From assembly GCA_043228905.1 (NCBI GenBank), contig JBHGNT010000015.1, positions 8,556,001 through 8,620,000 of the forward strand: a stretch of 64,000 bases of DNA, in the 5' to 3' direction. Source of the DNA: Azolla caroliniana (taxonomy: Eukaryota > Plantae > Polypodiophyta). Shown one piece after another: positions 1 through 12,920 of the stretch (the stretch's first letter is position 1; each line of letters opens with the position of its first letter). The position numbers and the translations under genes were made by a program. A model generated the notes under the pieces. That model did no database searches. It saw only the letters and a list, made by a program, of their open reading frames with translations, and had not been told where the DNA came from.

Positions 1-889
1 AAGATTAGCTGTCCTCACAAAGGAGAATCCTTCCTCCTTCGATCTCCATTCGATGCTACGGGTTGAAGAAAATCACGTCCGAACGAGGAGCATTGTATCG
101 GAAGGACACATGCTCTATTCGAATTCGGATGGAGGAAGGGGATGTGGTTGTGGAAGAAGAGGTTGATTCAGTCAAGGATGAAACAAGCAAGGACAACCCC
201 ACGAACAAAACTTCTACTATTGTAAAGATATTAGAAATACATGAGGAACGTTCGGTAGACGGGGGTGCCATCATGTTGGACCAAGCCGATAGAACAATTC
301 AGTTGAGTACAGATATTGTGGAAAATTCTGCCACTATGAGGTAGAGTGCCAGAAAAAGAAGAGTGAGTCGGTTTTCACAAGTCGACAACTCACCAACTAT
401 GCCACTAACTCTGACTATGACGATCGTGGTAGTATGCTCATGATGAGGCATAGAGTGAACTCAATGTCGGCATCCGGCCCGACCAACACCTACAATCTGG
501 AAAATGTATGGTTTGTCGACTCTAGCACGTTGAATCGCATGATTTTTTATGAAGATTAGTTCCATGAATTGCGAAAGCCCAACTACCCTGACTATGTGGA
601 AACTGAGGATGACACAATTCACCCTATTCAACATGTTGGCAATGTCCCATTCGGGAAAGATGGTGAACAAACCTACATCAAAAGTTTCTTGCATGTTCCG
701 ACCATAATGAAGAATTTGGTCTCGGTCAGCCGGATTGTGGAACAAGGCATGCAAGTTCGGTTTAATCATGGAGGCTGCTTTATTGAGAAGGAAGGCCGCC
801 TCATCACTCGAGGATGAAGAGAAGGTTGGATGTTCATTCTCAGCTCTCACAAGATGTAATCGGCAATGTTCGCAAAGGGCCATAAAGCC
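1..889 (+). pseudogene. Ty1/Copia gag-pol fragment (gag C-terminus, zinc knuckle, protease), degenerate
   Basis: Homologous to 4600-5045 (GAGAATCC..CTTCGATCT..GAAGAAAA(T/C)CA(C/T)GT). Carries a Copia protease region (WFVD..., 'LHVPTIMKNLVSV'). Contains stops and frameshifts; cut at 890 by an LTR. Confidence 0.85.
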
Positions 890-3297
890 TGTTATATGTA
901 GATAGACATGTACATAGTGTGAAAAGGCCAAAATGACGGGTGTTCTTATTTTTACTTTAGTTATTCTTTTGTAGCTATAGGGAGAGACAGAAAACCTCTC
1001 TATGATATACAGGCATAATAGATTGCAACCATCGTTTAGGATTTTTTGCTCTCTATTATTTCAGTTTCTGCATTCATACGATTAAGAAGAATTGTGGCTC
1101 TTTGCTCCACCGATTGATAACAGGATTGATAATAGTGGTATCAGAGCAAGGTTATGAGACTGCAATAGGAAAAGGAAAAGGGAAAACCCCATGGTAGTGG
1201 GCATGTTATACAGGTGATTGGTTCATCATCCTCAATTAAAATAGAGAAAATAAATGCTACATGTGATGATGGTGTTGACATTTTGGTTGTGGATGATGAT
1301 GCTACTTATGTTGAGGTGAATATAGCTCACTCACTTTTTCATACATGGTTGTTGGACTTTGGGGCTTCATTTCATGTGACCCCACATAGAGTGGTTCACA
1401 CGATATGAAGCTCAGCCACTTGATACAATCCAGCTTGGAGATTCACGTCAGTGTGATGTGGTTGGCATTGGAGATGTTCTGGTACAATTTTCTAATGGTT
1501 CTCAATTTCTTGTACAGAATGCACGTCATGTGCCTAGCTAACTCGTAGCTTGATGTCTATTGGATAGCTTGATGACATGGGACCTGTTGATACACCTACG
1601 AGCATGCCAACATACATACCATATCGCTTGTTTTACATATGCCTGTTGCACTTTTGTAGTATGTTTGGGGGATTGCAATACAACTCTCCCTGATGAGTGG
1701 AGAAAACAGGTAGGTAAATTTGTTGCTTGTCTCTATAGTGTATGTAGTAGCTAATTAGTTACAACTTAGCTAATTATCTAAGCAATATAAAGTGTGGTAG
1801 CTAATTAGCTATTGTGGTTCTATAGTGTAGTAGCTAATTAGCTAAAACGTAGCTAATTAGCTAAGCAGTATAAAGTATGGTAGCTAATTAGCTACTATGA
1901 ATCTATAGTATAGTAGCTAATTAGCTAGGTTGTAGCTAATTAGCTAAGCAATATCGAGTGTAACGAATTAGCTACTACCATACTTAAGTATAGTAGCTAA
2001 TTAGAAAGGTGGAGCTAATTAGGTACTGCCAACGTAGCTAATTAGCTACTATACTTAAGTATGGCAGTAGCTAATTAGCTATTGACTATCTATAATATAG
2101 TAGCTAATTAGCTAGGTTGAGCTAATTAGCTAAGTAGTATCAAGGGTGGTAGCTAATTAGCTACTGCCAATCTATAGTGTAGTAGATAATTAGCTAAGTA
2201 GTATCAAGAGTGGTAGCTAACTAGCTACTGCCAATCTATAATGTACTAGCTAATTAGCTAAGTAGTATCGAGAGTGTGGCTAAGCAATATCAAGAGTGTG
2301 AGAGTGTAGCTAAGCAGTATCAAGAGTGGTAGCTAATTAGCAACTACCAATCTATAATGTGGTAGCTAATTAGCTACAACGCCAAGCAGTATAAAGTGTG
2401 GTAGCTAATTAGCTATTGAAAATCTATAGTATAGTAGCTAATTAGCTAAACAATATCAAGAGTGGTAGCTAATTAGCTACTGCTAATCAATAGTTCAGTA
2501 GCTAATTAGCTATGTTATAGCTAATTAGTTAAGCAATATCAAGAGTGGTAGCTAATTAGCTACTGCCAATCTATAGTGTAGTAGCTAACTAGCTAAGTTG
2601 TAGCTAATTAGCTAAGCAGTATCAAGAGTGGTAGCTAATTAACTACTGCCAATCCATAGTGTAGTAGCGAATTAGCTAAGCAATATCAAGAATGGTAGCT
2701 AATTAGCTACCTCTAAACTAATATATAGTAGCTAATTAGCTAAGGTGTAGCTAATTAGCTAAGCATTATCGAGAGTGTAGCTAATTAGCTACTACCAAAC
2801 TAAAGTATAGTAGCTAATTAGCTAAGCAATATCGAGAGTGGTAGTTAATTAGCTACTGTCACTATAGTGTAGTAGCTAATTAACTAAGCAATATCAAGAG
2901 TGATATCTAATTAACTATTCCCATACTTAAGTATAGTAGCTACTTAGCTAAGTTGTAGAAAAGTCATCTTTAGTTGTCAGCTAAGGTGGTAGAAAAGCAC
3001 AATAGTGTAGTGGATAAATAGCTTCATAGAAGTAGCTACACCTAAAGAGAAAAAGTAGTAGCTAAAGAGAAGCCACTAATTAGCTGACATGTTGTTGTAG
3101 AATCTCATGGATTAAGGAGGTTACATGAGGTGTTTGGTGCTGATGACGTTGCAACTGATGAGGAGATAGCTGGCAACGTGGCTGAAAGTAAGAGTCATGC
3201 TATCACATCTCCTTCGGATCAGCTTCACCCTATTCTTTTGGAAGATTGTATTGAATTAGGTAACGTTGTGATAAGCCATTAAACACTCGACCCATCA
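890..3297 (+). mobile_element. Non-autonomous Copia derivative: 5' LTR, PBS, protease remnant, palindromic array; 3' end not seen
   Basis: LTR 890-~1134 with TGTTAT...ATAACA termini (terminal 12 bp duplicated). PBS TGGTATCAGAGC at 1136-1147. Protease remnant 'WLLDFGASFHVTPHR' at ~1340-1580. No gag core, RT or integrase seen. Confidence 0.7.
1740..3085. repeat. Tandem array of ~40 TAGCTAATTAGCTA palindromes with three recurring spacer types
   Basis: Read directly. Spacers are AGCAATATCAAGAGTGG, CTGCCAATCTATAGTGTAG and a short GGTTG/AGTTG, giving a higher-order unit of about 80 bp. Confidence 0.95.
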
Positions 3298-5045
3298 TGT
3301 AAATCTAAGGTTCATAACAACAATGTTTTTGAACTCTTAATGCAACATTTCTTCGATTCGCAAAACCTTGATTCAACCCTATCGAGTCCATTAGCCGAGG
3401 ATGTCCCACCAGATCCCACTCTACTTGAATAGCTAGCGCAAGACGTGGCTGACACGCAAGCCACTGCTCAGGCGATGGAAAGTGTTGAGAATCAAGCTCA
3501 ACATAGTGCAACGTGTGAACACACCTTTTGAGAATCTATGATTACTCAAAGGTCAAGAGTCACATCACTACTCTTTACGCATTTTACTATGTGTCATAGA
3601 ATCATATTCTATGACACATAACTAATGAGTTACATATTCCCCATGACTATGAGTCTTCACATTCCCCAAGAGAGAGTGGTTGTTGTAGTTAGTTAATGAA
3701 GAGAGAGGGTGACTATATATAAAGCACCCTCCTCATACTTCATACTAAGTCAGTTGTGACTCCTTGTAATGCCACATTTTTTTATTTCATATTCTCCTTG
3801 TGAATATACATCTTCTTCTTCTTGAGTATTCAATTTCCATTCTATCTAATTTACCTTGTGTTTTCTCTTCTTTCATCTCTTCTCTCTCACATATACACAC
3901 ATAACACACATCTCTTCCGCTACACAAGAATCATAATCGATTCTTTACATGGTATCAGAGTGGTTTGGTAGCTCGATCTAGCCTATTTGCGTGTGTTGTG
4001 TTCTACGCCGACGTTCGAGAAGAACCGGTCCATCGCTATCGTAGTGCGACTACATAGCTCGTATTTGAGAGAGAAGGAAAAGAAAAGAAGGAAGAAATCT
4101 TCATCAACAATGAATAATCAAATGGGGAGCGCACTCCCTAGCGAGAAGCTAGATCGAATCAACTTTGCATCTTGGGAGTACAAGATGCACCAATACCTTG
4201 TCGGCCAAGGATATTGGGGTTACATCAAAGGGGCACAAGAAAATCGACCCGACCCAAAAGACGCTGACTACGCAACATGGGAGCAAGCGGCAAGTTGAGT
4301 GATGTATTGCTTGGCGACATGTGTTCACGACCACATGCTTGGCTACTTTTGAGAAGCCAAGACGCCAAAGGAAACGTAGGAGAATCTACGAAAGATTTTC
4401 GTGGCCAATACAACCGCGAGAAAGCTTCAACTCCGCCAAGAGTTGAACAACATCCAACAAAGGGATATGTCCATCACGAGCTACACCTTAAAGATCAAGG
4501 AGCTTTGTGATTCACTCGGCTCGATAAGCGTTAATGTGGGCGATGATGAGATGGTGCAAATATGCCTCGACGGCCTTGCACCTCGGTTCTGCGCGATGAG
4601 GATCGCCGTATTAGCATGGGAGAATCCGCCCTCCTTCTTCGATCTTGAATCCAGATTGTTGGTCGAAGAAAACCATGTTCGAACAAGGAGCAATGCCTCG
4701 GAAGGCCACATGCTTTACTCACACTCGGACGGAGGAAGAGGACACGGTCGTGCAAGAAGAGGTTGATTCGGCCAAGGACGAGGCGGACGAGGCCCGACTT
4801 ACGAAAACAACTCACAATTTCAGCATCAAGATGGAAGCCATCGAGGAACCTTCGGAAGAAGGGGGAGCTTCCATTCTAGTCCAAGCCGACAAAACTCGGT
4901 CGAATGCGGATATTGCCGAAAAATCGGTCACCACGAAGAAGAGTGCCATAAGAAGATGCGCGAGTCGGTTTCCACTAGCCGACAACTCACCAATTACGCT
5001 ACCAACTCCGACTATGACGATCGTGGCGGAATGTTTGTAATGAGA
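3298..5045 (+). mobile_element. 5' part of a Ty1/Copia element (5' LTR 3298-3949, PBS, gag), truncated
   Basis: TGTAAA...TTTACA LTR termini. PBS TGGTATCAGAG at 3950-3960. Same family as 1-889. Confidence 0.85.
4110..5045 (+). pseudogene. Copia gag with CCHC knuckle, disrupted
   Basis: 'EKLDRINFASWEYKMHQYL' and 'ARKLQLRQELNNIQQRDMSITSY' are typical Copia gag. Stops and frameshifts are present. Confidence 0.85.
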
Positions 5046-7504
5046 TGTGGGGGACTCCGCTTGTCGGTCCGCGCTGGATTCCTCATTTGTTCGCGTGTTT
5101 CCGTCTTGTGTGATCTGGTGAAATAGCTCCTCCTGGCTTTCACCAAAATCATCTAAGAGTTGTGCGAGTTCTTCGGAATCTTGGTCCGCTAGCGCACGAT
5201 AGTCTTGCGCTAGGTCCTCGCGTATGGCCGCAATGCTCTCCTCATTTATTTTATAGAAACCTCGGCCGTCTTTTCGCCGGTTCTCCCAGTCCGCACGATA
5301 CGCGTGCAATTCTGCTGCTTGGGTTGCCCACGCCATCCATCCTTTGTCCAGCGCCGTTTTCAATTGTGCTGTGAACCTCTCCCGATTTGTTTGGAGAAGG
5401 ACACACACGTAGTCTGTGATGGCCTAGCAACGGTTGCGTGCGTCCTCCATCGACTTCTTGAGGTTTGCAATTTCTTGTTGCCTCACCGCCGCTGCTTCTT
5501 CGTACGTGGTCTTCAGGTCCACCCATAGCTGGGATTCCTTTACATGTTGTTCTTTTAATTTCCCCATTTCATTGTTTAGGTGGATTTCAAGCTGATGCCT
5601 CCTTTCTTGTTTGAACACCAGTCGCTCGTCGAACCATACCTTCTTTTTCTCCAATAAGGCTCGGAGTCCTGCGATTGCCGCTTCCGATTTCTTCGCTTCA
5701 TCCCGTAATTGGGCATTTTCATCTTTTGTTCGGATGTGCTGAGCTACCTCCGTAGCGAGTTTCTCTTCAAGGGTTTTTACTGCCTTCCGGCCGTTATCCC
5801 CAATCTCCTTTTCTCTGTCTGAGGATTGGCGCAGTTCAGCTCAAAGGCGGTCAATTTCTGATTCCGCTAGTTGCACGACCCTTTTCGCTTTTGAGGCGAT
5901 GGCGGTCTGAGCCTCAATTTCTTCTTTTAAAGCGTCGATGGTGTGGATTGGTGGCGTAGTTACGTGGTGCGCCATAGTCACGTTAGCTTCCAACTCCGCG
6001 ATGCATTCGTTGGCTTTTTGCAGCTCGGCTTGGGTCATTTTCACCTTCTTCCAGACATTTTTATTTTTAATGGCCATCTCCTTGGCGCCCGTGATGACCT
6101 TTGCTAATTCCCTATGGACTTCGACTAGGGCCGTGTTTAATGGGGGTAGCTCCATCCCCACTCGGCGTACACCGGCGTTCCTCTATCTGCCGACCTTGGC
6201 TAGCCGGTCCTCATCGTCGCTCTCCGTCATTTGTGTTAGGGCGCGCTCGATCATCTGGCGCTCCGCGTGCTTCTCGGCCATTCGTTGGGAGGCCTTTATC
6301 TGTTGCGTTGCCAGGAATTCCATGAGCTCAAAAGAGGTTCCGAACTTTAAGAGGGCACTGAACTCATGGGCCGTATCTGGGATATCTGGATATGCCAAAA
6401 CCTTGCTTTTCGCCGTCAATACAGCTTTCCCTCGTTGGGACTGGGTCGTGATGATCGGTCGTGGCTCCCGGATGATTTCGAAGGTGGTATTGAGCTCCGT
6501 ACTTGTGGAGCCATCGGTTTCGGTCGTTGTCTCTACCGCCGTGGGGACGTCTTTGGCCAATCCCCGCCCATCTTTCCTGTCCAATCTACCCCGTTTCGGT
6601 CTGGGGCTATCCTGCCGTGTTTCGGCGTCTGGCTCTGGGGCGGCTTTCGCGGAACGTGCCGGTTGTTCCTCCTGCGTTGTCCGTGTGTCTGGCTGGGCAG
6701 GTTGGGGTTCCTCTTCCCACTCTAGGCAGCTAACTCCGCTAACCTACGCTTTGCGGATCGGGGCGGGGGCGTGGGTCGGTTGGGCTGTGGTGCCGGTAGG
6801 CCTCGGGGTGGGAATAGCACCGTAAGGTACTGTTGTATGATTGGCTTGATCTTTTTACCTGCCTGATACGCATGCAGGACTTCCCTTAACGTCGGCCCTG
6901 TGATGACCCCCCAATCGACCGCACACCCTTCAAAGGTATCGATAATGATGCCCGCCTTCTACTTGGGCATCCCATATGCATTGACATGTATGCAACCGAC
7001 CTCTAACAGGAACTTGAAAACTTCACGGAAGAAGGGATCCGGGATTTGCTTCGTTCTATAGGCCTTGGCGGAGGAGGAATATGGCCCGAAATATCTCTGC
7101 AACGCCTCTACAGGAGGGATTTCGAAATGCCTTTTGCCTAGCGATGATAGGTCCAACTTTTTCCAGATGGAAGAGTTGGTGACCGTGTCGATGTTAAGCT
7201 TTCTGGCGATGTCCATGGAATCCGGGTGTGGGGGTGCCTCTGCGACCTGGATGTACCCATCCATGCGTTTCTCCACGAGCCATCGGCGTAAGGCAGTAGA
7301 GATGAAGATCGGCATCGCCAGAGTAGGTTCGTGGGGAGGAGACTGGTGGTTGCGGTGGGCTGGAGTTCTGTGATAGGATGGAGGAGAAGGTGAGGGGAAG
7401 GAGCGATGGGAGCGCGGATAGTTAGAAGGTAGGGTTCTGTTTTGTGCAGAAGATCTTCTATTTCCTTCTTTTTGTGGCTTAGGGTTCATTGGGCGGTGAG
7501 CCAT
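5046..7504 (-). pseudogene. Extra ORF3 (coiled-coil protein of unknown function), disrupted
   Basis: ORF pieces 6959-7546, 6183-6584, 5841-6161, 5424-5654 and 4812-5408; the first and last align by eye with F ORF3 (APPH, YFGxYSxSxKAYRT, QAAEL..RAD.ENRRK..FYK..EESI.AIRE.L). Confidence 0.8.
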
Positions 7505-7646
7505 CGTGGTGCCGCGTGTTCTTGAACTAGGAGTCTGCGCATGCATTTAGTCCTTTTAATAGTGTCGCTATCTTCTTGTTTTTTTTTTTTCATTACGGTT
7601 ATATACAACCTATTTTTACATTATGGTACAAGTGGGGCCGTCCTAT

Positions 7647-10600
7647 TTACGCCGCGGGTTCTCCGGCTCTGTCCTGTTCGGCGGTGAATGGGTTAGGTGG
7701 CGTAGGGCCCAGGTAAGGTTTAAGGCGAAACCCATTCACCATTTGCCGTACTACTTCCCCGGCCAACGTACCTAGTTGGAACATGCCTTGTTCCGCTCCA
7801 ATTATCTAGTACAAGCCGGTCCAACGGAATCGTAACTTCCCTGGCATATGGCCCATGCGGGTTTGGAAAACCAGCACCGCTCGACCGATGACGAACTCCT
7901 TTTCCCTTGCATTCCGATGTCGATCCACAAACACTTTACATCGTCGTTGTTCCTAATCCAACACAGCCATGCTGTGTACGCGTTTCCCCCGAGTTCGAGT
8001 AGCCAGTGGAGCCGTACCTCCTTCGACTTGGCTTCCGATAGTCGGTCCCGTACCTGAATCCGCAAACTGGGTACCTAAATTTCTACCAGCATCACAGCCT
8101 CCAGCCCAAACGCTAGTCGAAACGGTGTTGACTGTATGGTTGTTTTGTTGCTGGTTCTGTACGCCCATAACGCACTCTGTAATTTGGTATCCCAGTCTGT
8201 TCTATTTTCATTAACGATTTTCTTCAAGATGGTCTGCAATGTTTAGTTTGTGGATTCCACTAACCCATTCGCCTGTGGATAATATGGCATACTCTTCTTA
8301 TGGACTATGGCGTAATGATGTGTTAGTTCCCGAACCACTATATTGAGAAAGTGACTCCCCTGGTCACTGATGAGCTCAATCGGACAGCCGAACCGGCACC
8401 AGATGTGCTCGTAAAGGAATCTCGCTGTGACGGCCGCCGTATTTTCTCGTAGTGCCTTTCCTTCTACCCAGTTGGTGCAATAATCCATGGCTATCAATAT
8501 GTATTTATTGCCCGTACGGGCTGCCGCCGGTGTGAAGGGGCCCACAAAATCCAATCCCCACTTTTGGAAGGGGTCTAGCGGCAATACGGGCTAGTGTGGC
8601 ATCCCGGCGCCCTTCGTGGGCTGGCCCATCTGTTAACACAAATCACACTTTCTACAATACTCGGATGCGTCCTTCTGCATTGTCGGCCACCATAAGCCCG
8701 CCTGCCATATTTTTCGGGCTGTAACATCGCCTGCGTAATGGCCGCCTACCGTGCCGCAGTGCGCCTCCCGTAAAACTGCTTCTTTCTCATCCTAACGTAC
8801 CCCACGTCGCCAAATGCCGTCACTTCCTTTGTGATATAAAACTCCTTCTACGAGGTAGAAGTTACGGCTTCGGACGGCTAGTCATTTCTTCTCGTCCGTG
8901 CGTAATTGTGGTGGAGGCAATCCCGTAGTCAGAAAGTATGTCATTTCCATAAGCCACCGGTCCGGAAAGGTCGATTCCGTTCTTTTTGCTAGTGCTGCTA
9001 CCGCAAGATGTCGGCGTCCGGAAAATCGTCGTCTTCTCTCTGTACTGTTTCTCCATTTTCGAGTCGACTCAAAAAATCTGCCACTGCCTGTTGCGTCCCT
9101 GGTCGGTGCTGGATTACAAAATCGAATTCTTGAAGCAGCAACATCCATCACGCCAATTTCCCCGTTAGGGCTTGTTTCTCCACCAAATACATCAGCGCCG
9201 AATGATCCACGTGGAACGTGAATTTCCTCCCTAGTAAATAATGCCGGAATTTATTGATGCTATAGATCATCCCTAACGCCTCTCACTCCGTTGTGGAGTA
9301 GTTACACTCTACTGTGGATAATTTGCGACTAACATAGTACACTGGACGGTACCAGTTTGGTTTGGTGAGCTGCATTAGTGCACTTCCTATTGCTATGTCT
9401 GAGGCTTCAACGAACACGTGGAATGGCTTCGCCCAAACTAGTGGTTGTACGACGGGGGCCTGTGTGAGCATTATCTTAAGTGCCTCATAGGCCTTGTCCT
9501 CCGTTGCGGTCCATTGGAAGGGAGTCCGATGCACGACAGCATGTAACGGCATGGCGAAGTCCGCCAAATATCGTATCATCTGACTATGCCACCGTATTTG
9601 TCCTAAAAACCGGCCGAGTGATTTCGCGTTTATTGGAGTTTTGGCTTGCGTAATCGCGGAAATCTTGTTCAGATCGACCGCTATTCCCTCCTTGCTGACT
9701 ATATGGCCTAGGAGAGTCCCGCTGGTCACGCCGAAAACACATTTCGCGGGATTCAGGCATAAGCGTGCGGTGCGGCAATGTTCCAGGCACAGTTGTAGGT
9801 GCGTAAAATGGTCTATTGTTCTCCCATATACCGCAAAGTTGTCTAAAAAACCTTGCATGAATGCCGGGATGTATTCCCCAAAGATCTCTGTATTTGTCCG
9901 TTGAAATGTTGTCGGCGCCCATCTTTAGCCCGAACATCATGATGACTGTCACATAGACTCCCCAGTCCGTGACAAATGCCATCTTTTCTTGGTCCTCCGG
10001 ATGCATGCGTACCTGGTTATACCCACTGAAGCCATCTAAAAAACTATGCATCTCATGTCCTGCGACGACGTCCAGTACGCTATCGGTGAATGGTAAAGGG
10101 AATGTGTCCGTAATGGTTATGGCGTTTAATTTTCGGTAATCCACGCATACCCGTATTTTTCCATTTTTCTTTGGAACGACCACTATCGGACTTAACCATG
10201 TGGCTTGTTTAACTGGCCGTATGAACCCCGCCTTCAGGAGTTTGTCAATTTCTTCTTTAACGCGGGTCACGTAGTTTGGGTTCATGCGGTAGCGGCGCTG
10301 CTGGACGGGTTTTGCGTCGGTTGCTAAATTGATCTTATATTGATAGAACTTGGGATCTAACCCCTTCATGTCCTCGTGAGCCCAAGCAAACACATCTTTA
10401 TATTTCTTGAGTAGTGCGATCATCGTGTTTCTCTAGTCCGGCCTTAATTCCTTTGCGATGGAGAGGAAATAGGGTTCCGACTCCGTACCCACATTTACTT
10501 CTTCCAAGGCGGAGGTGGTGACTCATCGTGAAATTTCCATTTCCCTTTCTAATGCCGCACGTGCTTTGCTGAGTTCCAATATGGACTCTGGGTTTGGTTC

Positions 10601-12259
10601 GTATGCCTCGTCGTGCAGAATAGTGGTCGTGGCATATTCTGTCGCGGTCGCGATGACGTCGATTTCGAACAGCGGAATGATCCGAGGGTGCTCATCTAGG
10701 TATGCCTTTAATTCTGCATCCTCCACCCTAGCTAGTATATTTATATCTTCTGCGTATAATGGTGTTATACCCTTGGGTTGCGGCGTGCTTCCTTCCATAG
10801 GTACGCGAACCTTAGTGCTTTTGTGTCGGAAACTGATACACTTGTGTTGCCAGCCCTGCTTGATATTTGCTGCCCGAAGCCATGGTCTGCCCAGAAGCAC
10901 TGGGTATGCCCCTGGGGCGTCCAAGGCGAGGACGACTGCCGAGATGTCGAAGCGATGTCAGCCCACGATAATGCCTATCTTGCGAATTAACCCCAATGGT
11001 CGTACTAAGCGGGTATCTGCCATTCGGAACCAGAATGGGCAAGCCTCCCATTCTGAAATGCCTAACTGCTCGCAAGTTTTCGCGCTAATGACATTGACGC
11101 CTGAGCCGCCATCGATTACGCATCCAGGAATTTCCTGTCTGTGTAATATTAATGTAATAGCCGGGTTGTGGTGATCCACTACAGGTGGTCCGTCTCTAAC
11201 ATCTGTAAGGTTCGTAGCGATGTTCACCCCGGGTATGCCCGTCACCCGTTCTTCCATGTCTGACGGAAACATGGGACTAGCTGCAACAGCTTCTCCATGG
11301 TTAACGTTATCTCGCAGCCTGCTAATGCCTGCCAAATGGGGTCTGGGACCGGTCCTTCATCCTTCGTCCTCCGCTCCCTCCCTCGTATTCGCGGACTCCT
11401 TCCGCATGCGCTCTGTATTGGTCGCGTTTGCTTTTTCCACCCATGCTTGGGCTTGTCGTCGTATCTCATCTTGCGCAGCCCAATCAACCGTTTTGGTTTG
11501 CTGGCGTGTCATGACTTGCTGCACTTCTACCATAATCGTATTGACGGCAGGCCCCTTGCCCTTGCATGCTGGGCATTGCGTGGCATAATGTCCGGGCTAA
11601 TGACAAATAAAACAATGGATGCTTGATTCACCCTTCTCGGCTCCTGGTGGTGTGTGCCGATCCCCTGGTGCGACTTGCTCCTCACGGTCCGGCCTTGTTT
11701 GTCGGAACGCACGTGGTGGTTGATGTTGGTCCTGTCGTGGTTCCTGGCGTCGCTCATCTTCCGAGCTTTCATATTGCTGCGGCTTCCCACGATAACCATT
11801 GAAGCCGCCACGTTTGTTTGTCAGCCGGTGATTCTCATAGCGCCGACCCCCTTTAGCATAACTCGGATGTCCACGATAATCCTCATCCTTTGGTTCATCT
11901 TCCTCGGAATCGTTGTGATTTCGGCGATTCCGGTGGTGCCGGTCGTCACGTGGGTTGCGGTCCACATACCGTGGTCGGTCTTCTTGCCTCCTTTGTTCAG
12001 TATGGCGTGGGGGATGCTGTGTGTCCATGCTGCGGACTGTGGGAGTGGCTCTGTTCAACATATTGTATTCGCATTGGTCGACTGTGTGAGCCTTCGAGTG
12101 GCAGATTCGGCAGTGGATTCGCATGTTGCACTCCACTACGGAATGCCCCAAGTTCAAGCAAATCGTGCACTGGATTACTTGACGAAACTGGCGTTCCTCG
12201 TCCTGGGGTAACGCTTGTCGTAAGGAGGACATAGAAAACCTTTCCTCCTCCTCGTCCAC
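7647..12259 (-). pseudogene. Gypsy gag-pol (3 CCHC knuckles, protease, RT, RNase H, integrase), disrupted
   Basis: Protease IDGGSG; RT 'RVCVDYRKLN' and 'FLDGFSGYNQ'; RNase H 'EASDIAIG'; integrase 'WGLDFVGP' and 'YYPQANG'. Many stops. Confidence 0.93.
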
Positions 12260-12450
12260 AGTAGATTACATGCTCAGGTATTCCAGACACACAGTAGATT
12301 AGCCGTAGCTATACACAGACTTTCAGAGAAGATAGAATTCTATTACGATACGCTTCTTTATGTTCAAACTACACGCTCTCTTTATCAGAGGTTTTCTGCC
12401 CTTTATATACGTAGGGTCTATTTAGCCATTCACGCTTCCAGTGTGAACCG

Positions 12451-12920
12451 TGTTTGGAAGCAGGTCCCTCCGGATGGGAAGTAAGAAGAATCGGGAAATC
12501 GTTAAGATAGCCAACATGGAAGGGCTAAACTTGTAAATAGTCGAAAGGTTACATTGGTATATAAGTACTTAGGGCAATCATGCTATGTGTGTGTTGTGTT
12601 GTAAAGTTACTGTTGTCAAAGTCGTGGCCTCTGTAATTGTGAGAGTGAACGAGTGTGAGTGGAAGCGAGTGAGCTCCATAGCCGCCTGTCGGCGAAGCAG
12701 GATCTCGAGGTCGTTGCCTTTGAGATCTCTAATTGTATTCCTTTTCTCTCATAGTGTTCTGTTTTGGAGTTTGTGGACTCCACGTGGTTTTTCCCAGTTC
12801 GGGTTTCCCCGTTAAAATCTGTGTCATTCTCAACTTCTGTTTTCTGTTTTCTCTTCCATTAGATTGGCTATTATTCCGCAAATATACAAGCGGTTGAGGC
12901 CGACAACGATTTGAACTTCA
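12451..12920 (+). mobile_element. Copia solo LTR inserted in the Gypsy-1 LTR
   Basis: TG...CA termini. 5-bp TSD AACCG at 12446-12450 and 12921-12925. The 5' end resembles the Copia-B family LTR (CAGGTCCCTCCGGATGGGAAG). Confidence 0.88.

Noticed and set aside
1740-3085. CRISPR array (palindromic repeats with spacers)
   Set aside because: The repeat is only 14 bp, the spacers are short and recur in three classes, there are no cas genes, and the context is a eukaryotic retroelement.
5938-6825. 295-aa plus-strand ORF
   Set aside because: It is the antisense shadow of Gypsy-1 ORF3.
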